From Dehalococcoidia bacterium (GTDB taxonomy: Bacteria; Chloroflexota; Dehalococcoidia; Bin125): a stretch of DNA of 64,000 nt. The stretch spans positions 64,001-128,000 of the forward strand of contig CAXXRD010000005.1 of the NCBI GenBank assembly GCA_963663895.2, given 5' to 3'. Below the pieces are notes generated by a model. The model was not told where the DNA came from and made no database searches. It worked only from the letters and a program-made list of their open reading frames with translations. This document shows positions 9,408-17,982 of this stretch, in pieces. The first letter of the stretch is position 1. Each line of letters begins with the position of its first letter. A program made the position numbers and the translations under genes.

Positions 9408-10577
9408 TTAGGGCGAGAGGGTCTGCGTCGGCTGGTTGACCGGCACGTACTTTGGGCGGTAGATCGCTACCCCCTTGCCGTTGCGGAAGGCCAGGCGCTC
9501 GTCGACGATCTGGGCTCCGATGCCTGCGATTCGTGCCCAGCCGAAGAGCGTTGTGTAGTACTCCGGATCGGTGAACCCGACTGCGTTAAGCAGACTGCCT
9601 GAGACGAGGTCCACGTTGGGGTAAGGGTTGGCGATCTTCGGGTTCTCCTTGAGGATCGGGGGCACGACCTTACGCAGGATCTTCACGATCCGAAACTCGC
9701 GGTTGTCCGGCGCGATCCGCTCGCCCACGGCGATCTGCACCTGTGCTCGCGGATCCTCCTCACGCAATACGGCGTGTCCGAATCCGAAGATCAGCCCGCC
9801 CTCCGCAATGCGCTTCCGCACCCAGCGCTCGACCAAGGCTTCGTCGTCCGTATTCACTTGGCGCACGAACTCCAGGCAGTCTTGATTCGCCCGGCCGTGT
9901 CGCGGCCCCGCCAACCCATTCATCGCCGAAGCAAGGGATTGATAGAGGTCCGCCAGACCGGAGGCCACTGCCTTGCCCGTGAAGGTCGAGAGGTTCCCTC
10001 CGCCGTGATCCATGTGGAGGACGTAGAAGGTGCGCAGCAGGATTGTGAGCTTTTCCAAGTCGCCGCTGGGCATGCCCAGCATGTGGACGAAGTTCGCCAC
10101 GTAGTCCAACGATTGGTCAGCTTCGATCGGGTCGCCCCAGTCCTCTCGGATGCGGAAGATCGCCGCCAACACGCTCGGGATCCGCGCCACCAGGTTCAAG
10201 GCGTCTTCTTTGTAGTCGCCGGTCTTGGCGGTCATTCCGAGCAACTGAATTCCCACGCACAGCATCTCCATGGGATGGGCGCCGGACGGCAGCCCCTTGA
10301 GCGAGGAGTACACCGCTGGGTCGACCTCGGCCCGCTGCTGGAGGTCGCGCCTGAAGGCTGCGGCCTCGTCCGCGCTCGGCAGGTGCTTGTGGAAGAGGAG
10401 GTAGATCACGTCCTCGGGTGGAAGATGCGCGATCTCCGCGATCGGATAGCCGACGTACGAGACGCCCCGCTGCGGATCGACGCCGCTGGTCCAGCATGTT
10501 CCTACGGGGTAGCCGCGGAGGCCGGTATCCAGCTGCTTCTCCGTGATGGTGAACTCGATCGCGGGCCGGTCGCTCAT
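9408..10577 (-). CDS. gltA: Citrate synthase
   Basis: GLRG...TSGVD, HMDHGGGNLST, GLAGPRHGRAN, GFGHAVLREEDPR, YPNVDLVSG; ATG at 10577 preceded by GGAG. Confidence 0.92.
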   Translation of the reverse strand: MSDRPAIEFTITEKQLDTGLRGYPVGTCWTSGVDPQRGVSYVGYPIAEIAHLPPEDVIYLLFHKHLPSADEAAAFRRDLQQRAEVDPAVYSSLKGLPSGAHPMEMLCVGIQLLGMTAKTGDYKEDALNLVARIPSVLAAIFRIREDWGDPIEADQSLDYVANFVHMLGMPSGDLEKLTILLRTFYVLHMDHGGGNLSTFTGKAVASGLADLYQSLASAMNGLAGPRHGRANQDCLEFVRQVNTDDEALVERWVRKRIAEGGLIFGFGHAVLREEDPRAQVQIAVGERIAPDNREFRIVKILRKVVPPILKENPKIANPYPNVDLVSGSLLNAVGFTDPEYYTTLFGWARIAGIGAQIVDERLAFRNGKGVAIYRPKYVPVNQPTQTLSP

Positions 10578-10611
10578 CGTCGCTCCATTGTCAATATGCC
10601 GCGTCGACCCA

Positions 10612-11415
10612 TCACCCGACGACGGTTTCGATCCGGAAGCGCACCTTACCCGAGGGGATCGTGACTTCGACTTCGTCCCCCGGCCCGCGCCCAACGAATG
10701 CCTGACCCACTGGGCTGGCTATCGAGATCTTGCCAGCGGTCGCGTCGACCTCATTGTGACCGACGAGAGTGTAATCAACGGTCCTACCTGAAACAAGATT
10801 GGTTGCCGTGACGCTGCTTCCGAGGTGCGCGCGGCCACTCTCCTCTTCCCCGGCTACGACCACGGCGTACTTGATGTCGTACTCGAGCTGGCGGATGCGC
10901 CCCTCCAAGTGCCCCTGCGCATCGCGGGCGGCGTCCAGCGGGGCGTTCTCACGGAAATCCTTGTCCGCCATCGCCAACTTCAGCGCTTGTTGGATCTGGG
11001 GCCGCTGCGCGTGCAATCGCTCGAGCTCTGCCTTGGCGGCGGCCAGGCCGTCCGAGGTCATTTCCACGACTTCGGCCTGTTCGGGGACGGCCGTTGCGCT
11101 CGCACTGGCTCTCTTCGTGCGCTTGACGCGCAAGTGCGCGCCTAAGTTGGTCGCGGTCCAATTCTTCTTTTTTGCGTAGGCCAAGAACTCCTTGACGGGC
11201 GGCAGGCGGTCCATCACATCGGTTGTGGTCCCGAGCGCCTCCTGGTATTGCGTTACTTGGTGCCCTGTGAGGGCATCGAGCCTGCGATCCGATCCGTACC
11301 ATGATGTGAAGCGGGTAATCTCGACCCGAGCCCGCTGATCCACTGATTGGGCTACGGCCTCTAAATACAAGGTCGCGGCCTCTTCAAGCGTCGTGGGTCG
11401 TTGCTGGTCCGCCAC
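10612..11415 (-). CDS. greA: Transcription elongation factor GreA with ~100-aa N-terminal helical extension
   Basis: DKDFRENAPLDAARDAQGHLEGRI and GKISIASPVGQAFVG; GTG start after GAGGAG. Confidence 0.85.
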   Translation of the reverse strand: MADQQRPTTLEEAATLYLEAVAQSVDQRARVEITRFTSWYGSDRRLDALTGHQVTQYQEALGTTTDVMDRLPPVKEFLAYAKKKNWTATNLGAHLRVKRTKRASASATAVPEQAEVVEMTSDGLAAAKAELERLHAQRPQIQQALKLAMADKDFRENAPLDAARDAQGHLEGRIRQLEYDIKYAVVVAGEEESGRAHLGSSVTATNLVSGRTVDYTLVGHNEVDATAGKISIASPVGQAFVGRGPGDEVEVTIPSGKVRFRIETVVG

Positions 11416-11602
11416 CGTCCGCTCCTCTTCAGACCGCTCCGCCTGGGGATGCAGGCTGGGATCGGCGCTGCTGCATGCCCATCGTACGAGCGCCGCGCCG
11501 TGGGATTCAACGCGTTCGGGGCTCCACGGGGAGAATTGGGAGCTTGCCCGCGACGCGCACGCGCCGCAGCATGCCGTGGTGGCGATCGGCAAACGAACTC
11601 AG

Positions 11603-12337
11603 ATGCATCCTCCCCCCCCCTCTCCTACTCCCGGCGATGTTCGGGCCGCTCTGACCGCCGCTGGCTTGCCGCTCGACCCCGACGCCGTCCATCGCTTGGC
11701 TGCCTTTCTCGGCGCACTGCTGCGCGCCAACACGCGTCTCAACCTGACCCGCATCACCGATCCCGGCGATGTGCTTGTTCGTCACGTGATCGAGCCGCTG
11801 GCGGGCTGGCGGCTCTTGGCCCCGCGCCTCGCATCGGGCTCCTTGTTCGATGTGGGCAGCGGCGGCGGCACGCCTGGCCTCCCGATCGCTATCGCCGATC
11901 CCAGCCGCGAGGTAGTACTCGTCGAAGCGCGCCGGCGGAAGGCCGACTACCTCCAAGCGACCGTGGAGGAGCTGGCTTTGCCGAACGTTCGCGTGATCCA
12001 AGCGCGTGCCGAGGCCGTCGCTCGTGGAAGGGAGCGCGGGACGGCGGCCGCGGCGGTGGCGCGCGCGCTGGCCCCGCTGCCCGCTGCGCTAGAGCTGCTT
12101 CTGCCGATCGTTGCGGTCGATGGCTGGACGGCGGTCTTCGCTGGCCCTGCGCTGACATCGCAGCTTCCCGCTGCCGCTCGCTCCGCTGCGCATCTCGGCG
12201 CTGAGCCCCCCCTCGTTCTCGACGTGACTTGGGTCGGCTCGTCGCGCGCCGCGAAGCTGGCGCTCGCACGGAAGCGCGTGCCGACTCCCGACCGCTTTCC
12301 GCGCGCACCTGCGGCGATGCGCCGTCCCCCGGGCTGA
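11603..12337 (+). CDS. rsmG: 16S rRNA m7G527 methyltransferase
   Basis: NLTRITD...RH, DVGSGGGTPGLP, VEARRRK, RAE, ARALAPL, TPDRFPR. Confidence 0.92.
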   Translation: MHPPPPSPTPGDVRAALTAAGLPLDPDAVHRLAAFLGALLRANTRLNLTRITDPGDVLVRHVIEPLAGWRLLAPRLASGSLFDVGSGGGTPGLPIAIADPSREVVLVEARRRKADYLQATVEELALPNVRVIQARAEAVARGRERGTAAAAVARALAPLPAALELLLPIVAVDGWTAVFAGPALTSQLPAAARSAAHLGAEPPLVLDVTWVGSSRAAKLALARKRVPTPDRFPRAPAAMRRPPG

Positions 12338-12341
12338 GGCG

Positions 12342-13370
12342 CTAGGGCTCGAGGACCAGCCGGCCGTACACTTCCCGGCTCTCGATCAGGGTCTGTGCCG
12401 CGCCCGCGTCCGCGAGGGAGAACCGCTGCTGGATGACCGGTTGCAACTTTCCTTCGGCGACGAGCTCCAGTACCCGTTGTCCGATGGCTCGTGTCGAGCG
12501 TCCACAGCCGTGCAACGTCGCGTGCTTGCGAAACAGCTGGATCATGTCCACCGGAACGACCTCGCCCGCGTGCGCGCCGACGCTCAGCAGCCGGCCCCCG
12601 GGTGCGAGTGCGGCGATGCTCTGCTGCAGGACGTTGCCGCCGACGCAATCGAAGACACAGTCCACGCCGCGGCCTTCGGTGAGGTCGCGCACGCGCGCCT
12701 CGATCGGCTCGTCGCGGTAGTTGATCGTGCCTTCGGCGCCGGCGGCGCGAGCTCGCTCGAGCTTTGCCGCCGATCCCGCCGTTGCGATGATCCGCGCTCC
12801 CGTCAGCGCCGCGACCTGCAGACCCGCCGATCCGACGCCGCTGCCCACCGCGTTAATGAGCAGCGTCTCTCCTCCTTGCAGATGTCCCACCTCGATCAAG
12901 GCTTCCCAGGCCGTCGCGAACGGGATGTAGGCTGAGACGGCTTCCGCGTCGTCGGGGCCGTCCGGAACGCGTACGAGGTGCTGGCGTCCCACTTTGACGT
13001 ACTCGGCATAGGTGCCCCAGACGGTCGCTCCCAGGATGCCGGCTGCCTGGCAAGTGTTCTCCCGTCCCGCCGTACAGTCGGCGCATGAGCCGCAATGCAG
13101 GATGAAGTGCGGGACGACTCGCTCGCCTAGCTGCCACTCTTCGACGCCCGTGCCGAGGGCTGCCACCTCGCCCACGGCGTCCACCCCCATGACATGTGGG
13201 AAGGGACTGGCGATCCCCGCACTGCCATTGCGGATGTCGAGGTCGATATGGTTGACGCCGGCCGCGCGCACCCGCACCAGCACTTCGCCGGGACCAGGAT
13301 CGGGAGTGGGGAGGGTTTCGTAGTGCAGGGCGTCGACGCCGCCGTGCTGGTGAAGAGCGATCGCTTTCAT
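12342..13370 (-). CDS. MDR-family zinc-binding dehydrogenase / quinone oxidoreductase
   Basis: PGPGEVLVRV, structural Zn site CGSCADC...C, GSGVG; catalytic-Zn GHE replaced by GVD. Confidence 0.85.
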   Translation of the reverse strand: MKAIALHQHGGVDALHYETLPTPDPGPGEVLVRVRAAGVNHIDLDIRNGSAGIASPFPHVMGVDAVGEVAALGTGVEEWQLGERVVPHFILHCGSCADCTAGRENTCQAAGILGATVWGTYAEYVKVGRQHLVRVPDGPDDAEAVSAYIPFATAWEALIEVGHLQGGETLLINAVGSGVGSAGLQVAALTGARIIATAGSAAKLERARAAGAEGTINYRDEPIEARVRDLTEGRGVDCVFDCVGGNVLQQSIAALAPGGRLLSVGAHAGEVVPVDMIQLFRKHATLHGCGRSTRAIGQRVLELVAEGKLQPVIQQRFSLADAGAAQTLIESREVYGRLVLEP

Positions 13371-13795
13371 AGATGCATTGGCTTCCTGCACTGTGGATGG
13401 AGGTCACTGCAAGGGCCGTCGGTATGGGGCTTTCGAACGCCGCCGGCTCGAACACCGCTCGGCGCCGGTCCGCTTATGGACCTGCGCGCTGGATTGTGTC
13501 ACAAGTGCGGGTCACTGGACGCGGGCCGTGGTCTCGCGGAATGTGGACGTGCCGCTTCCTAGAATCGCGAGGTCGGCTGGACGGGCGGGCACGAAATCGC
13601 GGAAGTCTGCGCGGGGCCGAAAGTCGCGACGGGAGGGCAGGCCATACCATCGACTGATGCGAGTTATGGTCGCCGCTTTGCAGTGATCGTCGCATCACCG
13701 GAAGGTGACTCGCTTCTGAACGCGGTTTCATTGACCGAGTGACGGTGCCCTTCGGATAATCGATTACACGTGCCCAACAGAAGGATTGCGGTTCC

Positions 13796-16282
13796 ATGAC
13801 GAAGTCAGCGGCGTCAAGCGGCGCGGAGCTTCCTGCCTACCGGCCGAGCGTGATCGAGCCGAAATGGCAGGCGCGCTGGGAGGCGGACGGGCTCTATCGG
13901 GTGCCGGATGACGACGTTACGCCGCGCGATCGCTGGTACTTGCTGACGATGTTTCCCTACACGAGTGGGGATCTGCACATCGGGCATTGGTACGCGATTG
14001 CGCCGTCCGATACGGCAGCGCGCTACCAGCGGATGCGGGGCAAGGACGTGCTGTTCCCGATCGGCTTCGATGCGTTCGGGCTGCCGGCGGAGAATGCGGC
14101 CATTCGCGAGGGGATCCACCCCATGACTTGGACGGCCGCGAACGTGGAGGCCATGCGGGAGCAACTGCGGCGGATGGGGCCGTCTTTTGACTGGGCGCGC
14201 GAGATCGTGACGTCGGATCCGGACTACTACCGCTGGACGCAGTGGTGGTTTCTCCAGTTACTGCGGCACGATTTGGCTTACCGCAAGCTGGCGCCGGCGA
14301 ATTGGTGCCCCTCGTGCCAGACGGTACTGGCGAACGAGCAGGTGATCCGGGGAGATGACGAGGTGGGGCGCTGTGAGCGATGCGGGTCCGTGATGGAGAG
14401 GCGGAACTTGGAGCAGTGGTTCTTCCGGATTACGAAGTACGCCGATGAGTTGTTGGACTTCCGCACGATCGACTGGCCGTCGCGGATCGAGACGATGCAG
14501 ACGAACTGGATCGGCCGCTCGGAGGGAGCGGAGATCCGCTTTCCGCTGGGGGCTGGGGTGGGAGGCGGCGCGATTCCGGTCTTCACGACGCGCGCGGACA
14601 CGGTCTTCGGCGTGACCTATCTGGTGTTGGCGCCGGAGCATCCGTTGGTCGAGGTACTGACCATGCCGGAGCAGCGGGACGCCGTGGAGGCATATGTGGC
14701 GGCAGCGCGGCAGGCGTCGGAGATCGAACGGCAGTCGACGACACGGGAGAAGACCGGGGTGTTCACTGGTGGGTCTGTGCTGCATCCGCTGACGGGAGCG
14801 GAAGTCCCCGTGTGGGTGGCGGACTATGTGTTGCCGTCTTACGGGACCGGCGCGGTGATGGGAGTGCCGGCCCACGACACGCGCGATTTCGAGTTCGCGA
14901 CGAAGTTCCAGTTGCCGATCGCGGTGGTGATCGCGCCCCCGGATTGGGACGGTCCGCCGTTGATCGAGGCCTACGTGGGGGATGGGCGGATGGTGAACTC
15001 TGGGGAGTTCGATGGATTGAGCGTGGAGGCAGGGAAGGCGGCGGTGACGGCGAAGCTGGCGGCAGTGGGCTTGGGAGGCGCCAGTGTGAGCTACCGGCTC
15101 CGCGACTGGCTGATCAGTCGGCAGCGTTACTGGGGCGCACCTATTCCCGTCGTCTATTGCGATCGCTGTGGGATCGTCCCGGTACCGGAAGACGAATTAC
15201 CCGTCCTGCTTCCGCCCGACGCGGAATTCCTGCCGACGGGTGAGTCGCCGTTAGCGCGACACGATGGCTTCACGCAGGTCGCCTGTCCTGAGTGTGAGGG
15301 ACCCGCGCGGCGTGAGACGGACACGATGGACACGTTTGTCTGTTCGTCGTGGTACATGTTCCGCTACCTCGATCCGCACAACGATGACGCGCCGCTGCAG
15401 ATGGAGCAGGCGCGGCGCTGGCTGCCTGTCGACCAGTACACGGGCGGAGCAGAGCACGCGGTCATGCACCTGCTTTACGCGCGCTTCTTCACGAAAGCGG
15501 CGCGCGATATGGGAGTGCTGCCGGTGGGAGAGCCGTTCCAGCGGCTCTTCAATCAAGGGACGATCCTCAAGGGCGGCCAGAAGATGTCCAAGAGTCGAGG
15601 CAACGTGGTGAACCCGGATGCGTTCGTACAACGCCTCGGTGCCGATGTCGTGCGCTCTTATCTGATGTTCTTGGGACCGTGGGACCGGGGTGGCGATTGG
15701 GACGACAGCGGGATCCAGGGGCTCTGGCGCTGGCTGAATCGGGTCTGGCAGCTCGTGCTGGGGCCAGTGAAGCGCAGCGAGGATGCGGAAAGCGCCCGCG
15801 CGATTCGGCGACGCACGCACCAGATGATCCGCCGGGTGACGGAGGATATGGAGCGGTTCCACTTCAACACGATGCTGGCGGCGATGATGGAGTTCACGAA
15901 CGCCCTTGCGGGAGAGCGAGAGCGCGGTTGCGTGGACGGGGCGGCGTGGGATGAGGCGATCGAGGCGTTGGTGCTGTGTCTGGCGCCATCGGCACCCCAC
16001 GTGGCGGAGGAGCTATGGGAGCGCTTGGGCCGGCCGTACTCAGTGCATCAGCAGGCGTGGCCGGCGTGGGATGCGGAGTTGGCGGCGGCGGCGGCGGTGA
16101 CGCTGGTCGTGCAGGTCAACGGGAAGGTACGCGACCGGCTGACCGTAGCGGTTGGGCTGGGGGAGGAGGAGGCGCGGGCAGCGGCGGAGGGTTCGGCGAG
16201 GGTGGCGGCTCAGCTAACGGGCATGTCGATCCGGAAGATTGTGTACGTCCCGGACAAGTTGATTAACTTAGTGGCGAGCTAG
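13796..16282 (+). CDS. leuS: Leucine--tRNA ligase
   Basis: MFPYTSGDLHIGH, GFDAFGLPAEN, DWLISRQRYWG, KMSKS, VVQVNGKVR. Confidence 0.98.
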   Translation: MTKSAASSGAELPAYRPSVIEPKWQARWEADGLYRVPDDDVTPRDRWYLLTMFPYTSGDLHIGHWYAIAPSDTAARYQRMRGKDVLFPIGFDAFGLPAENAAIREGIHPMTWTAANVEAMREQLRRMGPSFDWAREIVTSDPDYYRWTQWWFLQLLRHDLAYRKLAPANWCPSCQTVLANEQVIRGDDEVGRCERCGSVMERRNLEQWFFRITKYADELLDFRTIDWPSRIETMQTNWIGRSEGAEIRFPLGAGVGGGAIPVFTTRADTVFGVTYLVLAPEHPLVEVLTMPEQRDAVEAYVAAARQASEIERQSTTREKTGVFTGGSVLHPLTGAEVPVWVADYVLPSYGTGAVMGVPAHDTRDFEFATKFQLPIAVVIAPPDWDGPPLIEAYVGDGRMVNSGEFDGLSVEAGKAAVTAKLAAVGLGGASVSYRLRDWLISRQRYWGAPIPVVYCDRCGIVPVPEDELPVLLPPDAEFLPTGESPLARHDGFTQVACPECEGPARRETDTMDTFVCSSWYMFRYLDPHNDDAPLQMEQARRWLPVDQYTGGAEHAVMHLLYARFFTKAARDMGVLPVGEPFQRLFNQGTILKGGQKMSKSRGNVVNPDAFVQRLGADVVRSYLMFLGPWDRGGDWDDSGIQGLWRWLNRVWQLVLGPVKRSEDAESARAIRRRTHQMIRRVTEDMERFHFNTMLAAMMEFTNALAGERERGCVDGAAWDEAIEALVLCLAPSAPHVAEELWERLGRPYSVHQQAWPAWDAELAAAAAVTLVVQVNGKVRDRLTVAVGLGEEEARAAAEGSARVAAQLTGMSIRKIVYVPDKLINLVAS

Positions 16283-16286
16283 CGGT

Positions 16287-16877
16287 TCAGTCGGGCTCGC
16301 TGGGAGCGTGCTGCTCGCGGATGCGAGCGTCGCGAAGGGCGACAGAGCGCTGCTCCTGTTCCTGATCGAGCTTTTGGCTGAGTTGCTCGATCCCGGCGCG
16401 GATGCTGGTGAGCAGGGCGGCGAGCTGACTCTCGAGGCGCCGGAGTACGTCGAGGGAGTAGCGGTCGGCTTCGATCGCTTGTTCGATCGCCTGGCTCGTG
16501 GCGCTGCCGCGGATGGCGGTGGCTTCGGTCCGTGCCTCTTTCGTGATCTGCTGGGCTTGCTGCGTAGCTTCTTTGATGATCTCGGCGGCACGGAGCTGAG
16601 CCTGGCGGACCAGGTCGTGTCCATTGAGTTGGGCGTCGGCTTCCTGCCGGGCCTTGGCGACGATCACTTCCACTTCCTCGTTGGCGCGGGCAATGATCTG
16701 TTGCCGGTCGTGGAGGACGTTCTGGGCGTCTGCGATGGCTGTGGGGACGGAGGCGCGAATTTGATCGACGAGATCGAGGAGGCGATCACGATCGACGGAG
16801 ACGCCGCCACCGAACCGCGCCCGCCGCCCGGCGAGCAGCGTCTCTTCGAACTGGTCGATGAGCTCCAAGATATTGAT
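16287..16877 (-). CDS. Coiled-coil protein of the family usually found downstream of coaD
   Basis: ILELIDQFEE...VDRDRLLDLVDQIRASVP...AEEII-type heptads, ADRYS; start may be ATC at 16877 or TTG at 16868. Confidence 0.75.
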   Translation of the reverse strand: MNILELIDQFEETLLAGRRARFGGGVSVDRDRLLDLVDQIRASVPTAIADAQNVLHDRQQIIARANEEVEVIVAKARQEADAQLNGHDLVRQAQLRAAEIIKEATQQAQQITKEARTEATAIRGSATSQAIEQAIEADRYSLDVLRRLESQLAALLTSIRAGIEQLSQKLDQEQEQRSVALRDARIREQHAPSEPD

Positions 16878-16897
16878 GGCCGGTTCCTTCGATTCGG

Positions 16898-17383
16898 CTA
16901 GTTCGGGCGCAGGGGGCCAAGCTTTGCTTTGAGTGCCTCGGCCACATGCGCCGGGACGAGATCGTCGACGGGATGGCCGAGACCGGCGAGCTCGCGGATA
17001 CGGCTGGCGGAGATGTAAAGGTGCTCGAGACTGGCCATGAGATAGACGGATTCTATCTCCGGGGCCATTTTGTTGTTCATCAAGGCCATGTCGAACTCGG
17101 CTTCGAAGCCGGTGACGGCGCGGATGCCACGGACGAGGACGGTGGCGCCGAGCGCGCGGGCAAAGTCGACGACGAGGCCATCGAAGGCGGCGACGCGGAC
17201 GTTGGGGTACGAGCGGACCGCCTCCTCAATGAGGACGCGGCGCTCTGGGAGGGTGAAGAGCTGCTGATCGCGCTGATAGATGCCGACGGTTAACTCGTCG
17301 AAGAGACGGGCGGCGCGCGCGACGATATCCAAATGCCCGTTGGTGACTGGATCGAAGCCGCCGGGGTAGACCGCTGTGGTCAT
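16898..17383 (-). CDS. coaD: Phosphopantetheine adenylyltransferase
   Basis: AVYPGGFDPVTNGHLDI, LVRGIR, ISASRIRE. Confidence 0.97.
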   Translation of the reverse strand: MTTAVYPGGFDPVTNGHLDIVARAARLFDELTVGIYQRDQQLFTLPERRVLIEEAVRSYPNVRVAAFDGLVVDFARALGATVLVRGIRAVTGFEAEFDMALMNNKMAPEIESVYLMASLEHLYISASRIRELAGLGHPVDDLVPAHVAEALKAKLGPLRPN

Positions 17384-17973
17384 GGTGCGCTCTCGTCTTG
17401 GCCTGGAGATGGGTCACCCACCGCGAGGCGATAGGTTTCCAGGACTGCATCACCGTAGCGACGCGTGTCGCGGCGTGCCAGCGTTCCAAGCGCCTCGGGG
17501 GCGGGGCGGCTCCGGGGATGACGCCAGAGGACGAGAGCGGTCGGGGCGAGGAGGCCCATGTGGACGACCGCTTCGGCGACTGCCGTGGCGTCCTCTCGGT
17601 ATGGCGGGTCCACAAAGCACAGGCCGTAGGGCCCTTGTAACCGCCGGATTGCCCGCTCGGCTGAGAGACAGAGGACACGTGCCCCGGCGGAGATCTCTAG
17701 CGTGGCAAGGTTGCGACGGATGACGTCGCAGGCGGTGCGATCGCGCTCGACGAAGTCGACGCCGGGGGCACCGCGGCTGAGCGCTTCGATGCCGAAGAAG
17801 CCGGCACCGGCGTAGAGGTCGAGAACTGGTGCGTCCAGGCAACTGCGCACGTCAAGACGGTTGAAGATGGAGTCGCGGAGCCGGGCAGTGGTGGGACGGG
17901 TACCCGTGGCGGGGGCGAAGAGGCGTCGCCCCTTGAGCTGTCCGCCGGTGACGCGAGGTGGGGAGAACGCCAG
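17380..17973 (-). CDS. rsmD: 16S rRNA m2G966 methyltransferase
   Basis: Frame extends upstream of the ORF track: PRVTGGQLKGRRL...TRPTTARLRDSIFN; LDLYAGAG.FGIEALSRG, VDPPY; likely CTG start after AGGAG. Confidence 0.9.
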   Translation of the reverse strand: MAFSPPRVTGGQLKGRRLFAPATGTRPTTARLRDSIFNRLDVRSCLDAPVLDLYAGAGFFGIEALSRGAPGVDFVERDRTACDVIRRNLATLEISAGARVLCLSAERAIRRLQGPYGLCFVDPPYREDATAVAEAVVHMGLLAPTALVLWRHPRSRPAPEALGTLARRDTRRYGDAVLETYRLAVGDPSPGQDESAP

Positions 17974-17982
17974 GGGGTGCTC

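Noticed and set aside
13400-13795. Possible T-box riboswitch in the long leader of leuS
   Set aside because: No T-box consensus (GGTGG.ACCGCG) or terminator seen; only a short palindrome TTGTGTCACAA near 13494, too weak to call
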